A stretch of 64,000 nucleotides of DNA from Tepidisphaeraceae bacterium (GCA_035936155.1 DASYWJ010000034.1:66586-130585), one strand, 5' to 3'; counted from the stretch's first letter, positions 27,562 through 36,603 are shown. Numbers and translations are program-made. The notes: generated from the sequence alone by a model not told the origin.

Positions 27562-28080
27562 CTCGCATTGCATTTCAATCGCGCGAAACGGACTGATTTT
27601 CCTTGACAGAAAGTGAACGCATGGCAGACTATACTCCGTTGGCTGAACCGCCGAAGCTGCGCCTGTTTGATTCATCCATCCTTCATACCCGAACGGCCTC
27701 GGCGGACCGGCAACGCGGAGTGAGAGAATCAGGTTGCGAGCGCCCCAGCAGGAGCGAACGCTCGCATTGGTCGGAGATGTTGTTTCGGGTTCCGCTAAGA
27801 CAACTGGTTGACCGACGCTGCTGAGCGCCTTGCGGTCGCGCACGCTACCTCCCAGAGGTCAGGCGCGTGATGTCGACGGGAGGATCTCCCGGCGCGAGCG
27901 GTCTCATAACCTTTTGAGCGTCTGTCAGGCGGATGGATCAAGGTTGAACTGTGCCGCAGCATTGGTTAAATCAGTGAGTTACGCGTCTCGCGCCGTCCCA
28001 CCTTTCGGCGCGATCGCCCACGACATCCGCCATCGCGCACTTGCCTTCCGACACGCGCGCGACGGCCGCGAGGAGACACC

Positions 28081-30333
28081 ATGGCAGCGAATTTCGCCTG
28101 GGGCATCGACGTCGGCAACCGCGCGTTAAAAGCCATTAAGCTCGTCCGCGACGGCGACGGCGTCCGCATTGAGGACTTCGAGGTCATCGAGCACGAGACC
28201 GTCCTCTCCCAGGCCGGCGACAACCGTGAAGCGATGATCCAGGCCGCCCTGTCCAACCTGGTGGCCCGCCACGCGTTCAAGGGCGGGGTGTGCGGCGTCG
28301 GCGTGAGCGGGCAGTCGAGCTTCGCGCGATTCATCAAGCTCCCGCCGGTCGAGCCAAAGAAGATCCCCGAGATCGTCCGGTTTGAGGCCATCCAGCAGAT
28401 CCCCTTCCCACTCGATGACGTCGAGTGGAGCTACCAGCTGTTCCAGAGCGAGACGAGCCCCGACGTCGAGGTCGGCATCTTCGCGATGCGCAAAGAGCTC
28501 GTGAACCAGCACATCAGCTACTTCATCGACCAGGAGCTGAATGTTCAGGTCGTGCAGATGAACCCCCTGGCCGTCTACAACGCGATGGCGTACGACGGGA
28601 AGATCAAGGGGACGACGATGATCGTCGATCTAGGGGCCGAGAACACCGACCTGATCATTGCCGACGAGGACACGATCTGGATGCGCTCGATCCCGATCGG
28701 CGGGAATAACTTCACCGAAGCGCTGGTCAAGAGCTTCAAGCTGAATTTCCAGAAGGCAGAGGAGCTGAAGCGCAACGCGGCCAGCAGCAAGTACGCGCGG
28801 CAGATCTTTCAGGCGATGCGGCCGATCTTTGCGGACCTGGTGGCAGAGGTACAGCGGTCCATCGGGTTCTACGCATCGGTGCACCGCGACTCGCGGATCA
28901 AGAAGATCATCGCGCTGGGCGGGACGTTCAAGCTCCCGGGGCTGCAGAAGTACCTCCAGCAGAACCTGCAGCTTGACGTCGAGCGCCTGGACCGGCTGGC
29001 AGCGGCCCCGCCGACCGACGGGAAGCTTGCGGCGGCGTTCAACGAAAACGCGCTGGCGATGGTGGGCGCCTACGGGCTGGCGCTGCAGGCGATGGGCGAG
29101 GGCAAGATCAGCAGCTCCCTGCTCCCAGCGCGCATCCGCCGCGAGAAGGCCTGGCAGGAGAAGACCAAGTGGTTCGCCGCCGCCGCGGCGCTGTTCGTCC
29201 TGGGGACGGCCATCCCGTACGGGAGCTGGTTCATCCACAAGATGCAGTACGACAACGAAAGCGCCGCCCGCGCGACCATTGCCAGCGTTCAGGCCACCGC
29301 CGCTGCGCTCGATACGGAGTGGCAGCAGATTCAGGACTCAGGCACTAATGACCGTCAGCGGATCATGAACATCCGCTCCCTGAGCGAGTATCGGGACCTC
29401 TGGCCGCAGCTGCTGGCCGACATCAACTCCGTGATTCCCAAAGGGGACCCCGCCACCCTGAAGCAGGTCCCGCGGAAAGAGCGGGAAGTGGTAAACGTGG
29501 AGAACATCATCACCCGGTATGAGCCGAACATCGGGGTGGCCGTTGCCGACCCGGACTTCAAGCGCTTCGCCGGTGTCGCCGGCTCCGGCGCCATGACGGG
29601 TAGCTTTGCCGCCCCCACCCCCGCGGCCGGGATGGGCATGGACCCGGGGATGATGGAAGACCCGGCGATGATGATGGAAGACCCGGCGATGATGGGGATG
29701 GGGATGGACATGGGGATGTCTCCCCAGCCCGTCGCGCCCGTCCCCGGCGCCGCCCCCGTCGCCGGCGGTGCAAGCACCGGGCACGGGTTCATCATCACGC
29801 TCACGGGCACGACGCCGCACGGGGATCCGGCCTCGCTGCTCACCGACACCGTCATCAAAGATCTGGGTGAGCTGTCGCTGGCCAAGCTGCCGAAGGGCAA
29901 GAAGTATTACATCGCCAAGGCGGAGATTGTCACGACAGCACCGCTGCGGGCCAACCAGGCGCGGATCACCGAGCTGCAGCGGGTGTTTCAGGCCGCCGAG
30001 GAGGCCAGAGGACTCGCTGCTCAACAGCAGCAGCAGCAGCAGCCATACCAGCGGGGACTGTACGATCCGGCGATGCAGCCGGAAATTGACATGGACCCCG
30101 CGATGAACGGGATCGGGGGCGTGGGACAGCCCGCGCTGGGCCCCAATGGCCAGCCTCTGGAAGACCCGCGGCCATTCCGGGATCGGCAGTTCCCCAGCGA
30201 GGACGTGCGGGACGACTCGGAGTTCTCGATCGTCTTCGCGGTCGTGCTCGACCCGAATGAGGCGCCGCCGGCGGATCCCAATGCCGCGCCGCTCGACCCG
30301 GCCGCAGACCCAACGGCTGCCGCAGTGCCGTAA
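28081..30333 (+). CDS. pilM: PilM-like actin-fold ATPase fused to a transmembrane segment and long periplasmic region (PilM-PilN / GspL-like fusion)
   Basis: N-terminal 350 aa align with PilM (GIDVGNRALKAIKL, VRFEAIQQIPFPLDDVEWSYQL, IVDLGAENTDLII). One TM helix (WFAAAAALFVLGTAIPYGSWFI) is followed by a 365-aa tail with a Met-rich DPAMM repeat and polyQ. A strong GAGGAG Shine-Dalgarno is present. Confidence 0.8.
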   Translation: MAANFAWGIDVGNRALKAIKLVRDGDGVRIEDFEVIEHETVLSQAGDNREAMIQAALSNLVARHAFKGGVCGVGVSGQSSFARFIKLPPVEPKKIPEIVRFEAIQQIPFPLDDVEWSYQLFQSETSPDVEVGIFAMRKELVNQHISYFIDQELNVQVVQMNPLAVYNAMAYDGKIKGTTMIVDLGAENTDLIIADEDTIWMRSIPIGGNNFTEALVKSFKLNFQKAEELKRNAASSKYARQIFQAMRPIFADLVAEVQRSIGFYASVHRDSRIKKIIALGGTFKLPGLQKYLQQNLQLDVERLDRLAAAPPTDGKLAAAFNENALAMVGAYGLALQAMGEGKISSSLLPARIRREKAWQEKTKWFAAAAALFVLGTAIPYGSWFIHKMQYDNESAARATIASVQATAAALDTEWQQIQDSGTNDRQRIMNIRSLSEYRDLWPQLLADINSVIPKGDPATLKQVPRKEREVVNVENIITRYEPNIGVAVADPDFKRFAGVAGSGAMTGSFAAPTPAAGMGMDPGMMEDPAMMMEDPAMMGMGMDMGMSPQPVAPVPGAAPVAGGASTGHGFIITLTGTTPHGDPASLLTDTVIKDLGELSLAKLPKGKKYYIAKAEIVTTAPLRANQARITELQRVFQAAEEARGLAAQQQQQQQPYQRGLYDPAMQPEIDMDPAMNGIGGVGQPALGPNGQPLEDPRPFRDRQFPSEDVRDDSEFSIVFAVVLDPNEAPPADPNAAPLDPAADPTAAAVP

Positions 30334-30416
30334 CGACCGTCGCGGCCACCGCGCAGGTCGGTGGGAGAGTGCAGCCCCACGCATCGCGTCCGTGGCTGTC
30401 AGCGAATAGAGGTATC

Positions 30417-31763
30417 ATGGACCTGATCAAGAAGAACATCGTCAGCGTGATTTGCGGCATCGTGGCGATCATCGCCATCGTCGCCTCATTCTTCCCGCTG
30501 GGCAGTTATGTCGAGGATCTGCAGGCGTCGCTTGACAAAAGCAAGGCCGCTTACACCGCCGTCGACACCCTGCGCACCAAGGAGCGCAACCTCCCCATCC
30601 TGAAGCTGGAAGAGACCACTCCCCAGCCGCTGGGCATGTTCCCCAGCAAGGACGTGATCGAGAAGGCTGCCAAGGTCGTGAAGGAAGTTGAGATGCAGAG
30701 TGTGCGGATGCGCAACGCCGCCGTCGCGATGAACAAGCGCGACGTCCTAGTCAAGGGGGTGCTGCCCAACCCCGCCCCGCCTTACGACATCCGCTTCCGC
30801 GAGCGCTACGTCCCGCTCGTCAAGCCCCCCATGGTTGGGACGCAGGTGACGGGCGAGCCGCCCCGGCTGCTGAAAGAGTTCGGGGGCGGCGTGCTCCCGC
30901 AGCCGGCGATGATCGACGCCGAAAAGCTCCGCCGCAGCAACGAGATCATGAACACCAAGGTCATGAAAGACCAGCGCGGGCAGGTGATCAACCAGCCGGA
31001 GATCACCCAGCTGCTCGCGGAGGCCGCGACCCAAGTGCCGCAGCAGATGCGCCAAGCGGTTGCGGAAAAGAGCCTGTTTTACGTCGAGGTGACGGCGCAG
31101 AACGGGGGCCCGACGCTCGACATGGCGCCGCTCATCGACACCGGCGGCCGACCCCCGCCAGCGGCCATCTGGTGGGCGCAGGTCATGCTCTGGATCCAGA
31201 CCGACGTGCTGGCGGCGATCAAGGAAGTGAATACGACCAAGCTGGAAAGTGGTCAGCCGCCCAAGAACCTGATCGAGGCGCCGGTGAAGCGGTTGGCGCG
31301 GATTCAGATCCCGCACGAGAACATGTTCGTGACGGCCGCGGGTCAGGCGCCGCCGGCGGGCGACCCCGCCGCCGCCGCCGACGCCGCTCTGCCCAAGGTC
31401 GTGCAGGCATCCCCGACCGGACGCGTCTCCAACGGAATGTACGACGTCGTGCACTTCCAGATTCACGCCGACATCGAAGTGGAGAAGATCCCCCTGGTGA
31501 TCCGCACGATCGCGCACAACCGGCTGATGAGCGTGTACCACGTCGAGGCCAAGGCCGTCGACGCGACGGCGGCGCAGCTGAACGGGTACTACTACGGAGA
31601 CAAGCCGGTGGCGCAGGTGACGATGTACTGCGAGGCATTGCTGCTGCGGCACTGGACCGTGCCGCTGATGCCCCAGCCGATCAAGCTGCAGCTGCAGATT
31701 CCCGATCCGGCGGCGCCCGGCGCGGCGCCGGCGGAACCGGCGCCCACGGCGCTGGCCCAGTGA
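30417..31763 (+). CDS. Bitopic membrane protein (PilO/GspM-like position), hypothetical
   Basis: The ATG at 30417 with a GAGGT Shine-Dalgarno gives MDLIKKNIVSVICGIVAIIAIVASFF, an N-terminal TM helix, then a 430-aa periplasmic region. Gene order suggests a pilus/T2SS assembly-platform component. Confidence 0.55.
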   Translation: MDLIKKNIVSVICGIVAIIAIVASFFPLGSYVEDLQASLDKSKAAYTAVDTLRTKERNLPILKLEETTPQPLGMFPSKDVIEKAAKVVKEVEMQSVRMRNAAVAMNKRDVLVKGVLPNPAPPYDIRFRERYVPLVKPPMVGTQVTGEPPRLLKEFGGGVLPQPAMIDAEKLRRSNEIMNTKVMKDQRGQVINQPEITQLLAEAATQVPQQMRQAVAEKSLFYVEVTAQNGGPTLDMAPLIDTGGRPPPAAIWWAQVMLWIQTDVLAAIKEVNTTKLESGQPPKNLIEAPVKRLARIQIPHENMFVTAAGQAPPAGDPAAAADAALPKVVQASPTGRVSNGMYDVVHFQIHADIEVEKIPLVIRTIAHNRLMSVYHVEAKAVDATAAQLNGYYYGDKPVAQVTMYCEALLLRHWTVPLMPQPIKLQLQIPDPAAPGAAPAEPAPTALAQ

Positions 31764-31880
31764 CCGGCCGCCGCCGGTAATGCGGAGCGGAAAACGGTCG
31801 CGCTGTTGAGCGGCCGCAACCAAAGCGGAGAGAGCGACGACCGCAAGACGAGCAGGACCTTCAACCAACGGGTTCGCACC

Positions 31881-33836
31881 ATGCAGAAAGTACTGGATCT
31901 CCTCGAGAAACACGTGCAGTGGGTGGCGCTCGGACTGGGCGCCGTGTGGCTGCTGCTCATGACGTGGTCCTATGTCATCACCCCGCCGGCCGAGGTGGAG
32001 ATCGGCAACAGGACGCTGACGGCGGGCAATGTCGATGAGTACACCGTCGAGAACGCCGTGCGCCCGCTGGAAGAGGCGATGAAGCCCAAAGAAGCGCCGC
32101 CGATGGTCGTCGACAACTTCGCCGAACGCTGGCTGGCGCGTATGAGCTGGGAAAACGTCGAGCCGATCCGGACGGCGGGACTGATCAGCAGCCATGGAGC
32201 GATTCCCGATAAGCTGCTCGAGCGTTCGCCGACGCCCGGCATGAGGATCGCGGAGGGGGGCGGGCAACCGCAAGGCGCCCAGGGGGCGCAACCCGTCGAG
32301 AAGGTAGCGACCCTCCCAACGCCGGCCCCCACGCCTGTGGCTTCCGACTGGCGCTTCGGGCGCTCGACGATCCTCAAGCCCCCGCCAATCGTGCCCGTTG
32401 GCCAGCCGCAGCCGCCGACCCCGCCTGTCCCCGAGGAAGTGGACAAGGACTGGATCACGCAATCGTTCAAGGTGAGCCTGCCCGCGATCGCTGAGCTGTT
32501 CAAGAAGCACCAGGTGCCACCCGCGCCGATCGGCATGACGGCGTTCCTCAAGGTCGAGATGGTCCGGCAGGAACTGCTCCCCGATGGCCAATGGGGCCAG
32601 GAGACAACGCTCCAGCCGCTCCCGCCGTTCGATCCCAACGCCATCCGCCCCCCGTGGCCCGCCAACGGAAACATCCACCAGGAAAACGCCTATCTCAACT
32701 GGGCGGTGCAGAATACCGGAGACATCATCCAGCCGGCTTTCTATCAGACGGTGGAGGGCAAGGGTGACATCTGGGAGCGCCCGGGCGAGCCCGCGCCACT
32801 CCCCGGTGGCGGCGCGTTTAACCCGGCGCAGTTCGCCGAAGGGCCGATTCCCCCGAACATTACGCCGGAGCAGCGGAAACAGATCATGGACTACCGGCGC
32901 CAGCAGGCGCTGCTGCGTCGTCAACAGCAGCAGCAGAACCGTCAGCCGCGCACGCCACGCGGGGGCCGCGGCGCGCCGGAAGACCCCGGCATGATGATGG
33001 AGGGGGACTTCGCGCCTATCGATTCGGATCGTCCCAAGTTCCTCCAGGTCCGCCCATACCCCCCGCGCCGTGGCTATCCGCCGGACATGTACGACCCGGC
33101 CATGATGGAAGATCCGGCCATGATGATGGAAGACGAGTTCATGATGGAGGGGATGCAGCCGCAGCAGCAGCAGATCATGGGCGTTGGCGTGCCGGATGTG
33201 GACTACCCCGCGGGGCTGTTCGACCCGGCGACGTGGCACCTCCCCGCGCCCACAGCGCCCGGCGCGCCGCCGCCCGTGAATCCTCGCCCGTCCGAGGTTT
33301 CGATCTGGGCACACGACGACACGGTCCAGCCGGGCAAGACGTATCGCTATAAGGCGCGATACATGATCAAAAACCCGCTGTACCAGCAGCCCGCCGTGGC
33401 GAAGGACGCCGCCGACGCCAAGGTCTTCGCGATTGAGAGCGAGTTCAGCCAGTGGGGCCCGGCCATCGAGGTTCCGCCGCTCACGAACTTCTTCATCGCC
33501 AATGTTCACCAGGGGCGAATCCGCTTCGATGTGTATCGCTGGGACAAGGGCCAGCAGCACCACACGACGGTGACGGTCGGGCCGGGTGACGTGATCGCCG
33601 CCGACGCCGGCGGCGTGGATTTCCGGACGGGTCACACCGTTGTCGACGTCCGCACGGATCTGAAGAGCCGTGATCCGGTGGTCTTCCTGGCCAACGCCGG
33701 GGGCCGGGCTGTGGTCCGCACGGCACGGGGCGACCGGGAGCACCCGGTCAACAAGAAGCTCAAGGAAGTGGTCGACGCCGCCAAAGCCGCGGCAGCTCAA
33801 CAAGCCGCCGCGGCCGGGGGGCTCCCCGTCCGTTAG
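31881..33836 (+). CDS. Bitopic membrane protein with Met-rich/polyQ disordered module and C-terminal beta-rich (PilP-like?) domain
   Basis: The tracked ORF starts with TTG at 31806. The ATG at 31881 gives MQKVLDLLEKHVQWVALGLGAVWLLLMTWSYVI (TM helix). The protein contains YDPAMMEDPAMMMEDEFMMEGMQPQQQQIMG. Confidence 0.55.
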   Translation: MQKVLDLLEKHVQWVALGLGAVWLLLMTWSYVITPPAEVEIGNRTLTAGNVDEYTVENAVRPLEEAMKPKEAPPMVVDNFAERWLARMSWENVEPIRTAGLISSHGAIPDKLLERSPTPGMRIAEGGGQPQGAQGAQPVEKVATLPTPAPTPVASDWRFGRSTILKPPPIVPVGQPQPPTPPVPEEVDKDWITQSFKVSLPAIAELFKKHQVPPAPIGMTAFLKVEMVRQELLPDGQWGQETTLQPLPPFDPNAIRPPWPANGNIHQENAYLNWAVQNTGDIIQPAFYQTVEGKGDIWERPGEPAPLPGGGAFNPAQFAEGPIPPNITPEQRKQIMDYRRQQALLRRQQQQQNRQPRTPRGGRGAPEDPGMMMEGDFAPIDSDRPKFLQVRPYPPRRGYPPDMYDPAMMEDPAMMMEDEFMMEGMQPQQQQIMGVGVPDVDYPAGLFDPATWHLPAPTAPGAPPPVNPRPSEVSIWAHDDTVQPGKTYRYKARYMIKNPLYQQPAVAKDAADAKVFAIESEFSQWGPAIEVPPLTNFFIANVHQGRIRFDVYRWDKGQQHHTTVTVGPGDVIAADAGGVDFRTGHTVVDVRTDLKSRDPVVFLANAGGRAVVRTARGDREHPVNKKLKEVVDAAKAAAAQQAAAAGGLPVR

Positions 33837-33911
33837 AAAGCGACCCGCTGCGCGGGAAGATTCAAACAGCAAGTTCCAAATCCCAAAGAAGCGGCAAGCG
33901 GAAAACGGGAA

Positions 33912-33950
33912 AAGCTCCAAACACCCGAGTTTGGAGCTTTCTCTTTTTAT
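33912..33950 (+). terminator. Rho-independent terminator downstream of the 28.1-33.8 kb operon
   Basis: AAGCTCCAAAC-acccga-GTTTGGAGCTT hairpin followed by TCTCTTTTTAT. Confidence 0.75.
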
Positions 33951-34020
33951 CTGGAGCATATTTGGAACTTGGATCCTGGTTCTTGGAACTTCCTGTGCAA
34001 AGGGCTAGCATTCGCCGGCC

Positions 34021-34803
34021 ATGAATCCCGCGAACACCCAGAGCACGCAGATCGATTCGGCCCAGAACGTGGTGATCCGGATCCGGCGGCAGGACGGACC
34101 GGGTCAGCCCCAGCGCTGGGAAGAATTTGCCGTCCCCCACCGCCCGAACCTCAACGTCATCGCCTGCCTCCAGTACATCGCCGCTCATCCGGTCACGAGA
34201 GACGGCACGCCCACGACCACGCCGGTCTGGGACAGCGGCTGCCTCGAAGAAGTGTGCGGCGCGTGCACGATGCTGATCAACGGCAAGACGCGGCAGAGCT
34301 GCTCGGCGTTGGTCGACAAGCTCGAGCAGCCGATCACGCTCGAGCCGATGAGCAAGTTCCCCCTGGTTCGCGACCTGTTCGTCGACCGCCAGCGGCTGTT
34401 CGATGACCTGAAGCGCGTGAAGGCGTGGGTCCCGATCGACGGCACGTACGACCTCGGCTCCGGCCCGCCTATTTCGCAGGAGTTGCAGGAGGAGCGATAC
34501 CCGCTCAGCCGCTGCATCAGCTGCGGCTGCTGCCTCGAGGCCTGCCCGCAGTACACCCCGACGAACCACTTCGTCGGCGCCGCCGTCATCAGCCAGGCGC
34601 AGCTGTTCAACACCCACCCGATCGGCAAGGCCTTGAAGTCGGAGCGCCTTGACACCCTGATGGAGCCCGGTGGCGTCGCCGACTGCGGCAAGGCGGGCAA
34701 CTGCGTCGAGGTCTGCCCAAAGGACATCCCCCTGCTCGAATCGATTGCGGCCGTCCAGCGCCAGGCCACGGTGTATTCGGTCAAGCGGTTTTTCACGAAG
34801 TGA
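34021..34803 (+). CDS. sdhB: Succinate dehydrogenase/fumarate reductase iron-sulfur subunit
   Basis: 2Fe-2S motif CLEEVCGACTMLING, 4Fe-4S motif CISCGCCLEACP and 3Fe-4S motif CGKAGNCVEVCP. Confidence 0.85.
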   Translation: MNPANTQSTQIDSAQNVVIRIRRQDGPGQPQRWEEFAVPHRPNLNVIACLQYIAAHPVTRDGTPTTTPVWDSGCLEEVCGACTMLINGKTRQSCSALVDKLEQPITLEPMSKFPLVRDLFVDRQRLFDDLKRVKAWVPIDGTYDLGSGPPISQELQEERYPLSRCISCGCCLEACPQYTPTNHFVGAAVISQAQLFNTHPIGKALKSERLDTLMEPGGVADCGKAGNCVEVCPKDIPLLESIAAVQRQATVYSVKRFFTK

Positions 34804-34929
34804 TGTGCAGCGGCGAGAGCGGGATGAAGATTAAGATTAGGAGCAAGATTAGGAGGACAAGGAGGCGCAGGACGCGATCATAATCCTGATCGTAATCTTT
34901 AATTCCTATCCTTGCTTCCTCGTTACCAT

Positions 34930-36150
34930 CCCATGCACCAACCCGATCCCAAGAAAATCGTCCTCGCCTACTCCGGCGGGCTGGATACATCGGTCATCCT
35001 TCCATGGTTGAAGGAGCGCTACCCCGGCGTGAAGCTCGTGGCTTTCGCCGCCGAGCTGGGGCAGGGCGACGAGCTGAAAGGCATCCAGGACAAGGCGTAC
35101 AAGAGCGGCGCGGACGAGGTCGTCGTGATGGACCTGCGCGAGGAGTTCGCGCGCGACTACTGCTTCCCGATGCTCCGCGCCCACGCGATCTACGAGCAGG
35201 ATTATCTGCTGGGCACCAGTATCGCGCGGCCGCTCATCGCCGCCAAGCAGGTAGAAGTTGCGCACCAGACCGGCGCGGATGCGGTGGGCCATGGCGCCAC
35301 GGGCAAGGGCAACGATCAGGTTCGCTTCGAGCTGACGTACATGGCGCTCGACCCGAACCTGAAGATCATTGCACCGTGGAAGGATATTCAATTTCAGCTG
35401 CGCGACCGCGAAAGCGCCGTCGATTACGCGCAGAAGCACGGCATCGCCATCCCCGTGTCGAAGAAGAAGATCTACAGCCAGGATCGCAACCTCTGGCACA
35501 TCAGCCACGAGGGGGCGGAGATCGAGCACCCCCACGCGGAGCCGAATTGGGAGGCGTGCTTGACGATGGTCGTCCCGCCGGAGAAGGCTCCGAACGACGC
35601 GGAGATCGTTTCAGTTGACTTCGAGCGCGGCAACCCGATTGCAGTAAACGGAAAAAAGCTCGCCCCGCACGAAGTCATTGCGGAGCTGAACCAGATCGGC
35701 GGTCGCCACGGCGTGGGCATCACCGTGCTGGCGGAGAACCGCCTCGTGGGGATGAAATCGCGCGGGGTGTACGAGACGCCCGGCGGGACAATACTCTACG
35801 AGGCCCACAAGGCGCTCGAGCAGATCTGCATCGAGCGCGACACGCACCACTTCAAGCAGCAGATCGGCCTGCGCTACGCGGAGCTGGTCTACAACGGCCA
35901 GTGGTTCCACCCGCTGCGCGAGGCGCTGCAGACGTTCATCGACCATACGAACGCGACGGTCACCGGCAACGCGAGGGTCCGGCTGTTCAAGGGCCGCGCG
36001 ATGCAGATCGGCGCGAAGAGCCCGCACACGCTGTACGACCCGCAGCTGGCCAGCTTCAGCATGGAAGGCTACGACGTGACGGCCGCGCGCGGATTCATCG
36101 ACCTGTTCGGGTTGCCGATGAAGGTCGCCAGCCAGGCAAAGAAGTGGTGA
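34930..36150 (+). CDS. argG: Argininosuccinate synthase
   Basis: LAYSGGLDTS PP-loop, GATGKGNDQVRFE, and near-full-length similarity to ArgG. The start is the ATG at 34930 (MHQPDPKKIVLAYSGG). Confidence 0.95.
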   Translation, partial: PMHQPDPKKIVLAYSGGLDTSVILPWLKERYPGVKLVAFAAELGQGDELKGIQDKAYKSGADEVVVMDLREEFARDYCFPMLRAHAIYEQDYLLGTSIARPLIAAKQVEVAHQTGADAVGHGATGKGNDQVRFELTYMALDPNLKIIAPWKDIQFQLRDRESAVDYAQKHGIAIPVSKKKIYSQDRNLWHISHEGAEIEHPHAEPNWEACLTMVVPPEKAPNDAEIVSVDFERGNPIAVNGKKLAPHEVIAELNQIGGRHGVGITVLAENRLVGMKSRGVYETPGGTILYEAHKALEQICIERDTHHFKQQIGLRYAELVYNGQWFHPLREALQTFIDHTNATVTGNARVRLFKGRAMQIGAKSPHTLYDPQLASFSMEGYDVTAARGFIDLFGLPMKVASQAKKW

Positions 36151-36548
36151 ACGACGGCGACGAGGGCGGATCGGAGGCGACGATCCACGCGCTGTTCGCG
36201 TCCGACCTCGCGCAGGACGTGCGCAGCGAGTTCAATGCGCGCCGCGACGAGGGGCTGAGCGCCGCCGACGCAACCGGCGCAGTCGTCGCCCACTTCCGCC
36301 ACCTGCTGGAGCGCGCGGAGGAAGGTCCGGTCGTCATCATCGCCATCGCGGTGCTGCAACTGCTCGAACGCGCCCCGACGGCGACCTTTCTCGACGCCGC
36401 GCTCGAGCTCCTGCGCGATGGACACGGATTCGCCACACGTGCAGGAGAGGACCTCTCGTTTCGCCGTAATCGCGAGCGCTTGCGTGAACAACTGATCGAG
36501 ATGCTGGAATCCGCGACGATCCTTCCCGAAGAGCCGGGAATGTCGTGA
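36147..36548 (+). CDS. Hypothetical protein, translationally coupled to argG (GTGA overlap)
   Basis: Strong GC3 bias and an amphipathic-helix-like composition. It has no ATG start; the first in-frame start is the GTG at 36147 overlapping the argG stop. A terminator hairpin follows. Confidence 0.45.
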   Translation: MNDGDEGGSEATIHALFASDLAQDVRSEFNARRDEGLSAADATGAVVAHFRHLLERAEEGPVVIIAIAVLQLLERAPTATFLDAALELLRDGHGFATRAGEDLSFRRNRERLREQLIEMLESATILPEEPGMS

Positions 36549-36556
36549 TATTCACC

Positions 36557-36603
36557 AACACATAGCCCCGGGCATACCCGGGGCTATGTGTTGGAGTCAT
36601 TGT
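36557..36603 (+). terminator. Rho-independent terminator (16-bp perfect stem, CATA loop, T-rich tail)
   Basis: AACACATAGCCCCGGG-cata-CCCGGGGCTATGTGTT followed by ggagtcattgttttc. Confidence 0.7.

Noticed and set aside
27603-27645. TTGACA ... TATACT as a sigma70 promoter for the pilM-N fusion operon
   Set aside because: The hexamers are perfect, but the spacer is about 21 nt, outside the 16-19 nt window. Planctomycete promoter consensus is also poorly known. Kept only as a weak note.
30551-30769. Small minus-strand ORFs inside the pilus-module genes (for example 30551..30769, 30806..31006)
   Set aside because: They are embedded antisense to strongly supported plus-strand genes, with poor composition and no start context.
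33837-34020. tRNA or other structured RNA gene in the larger intergenic regions (27562-28080, 33837-34020, 36549-36717)
   Set aside because: No T-loop-like GGTTCGANTCC motif or cloverleaf-compatible segments were seen. The 33912-33950 and 36557-36603 structures are better explained as intrinsic terminators.
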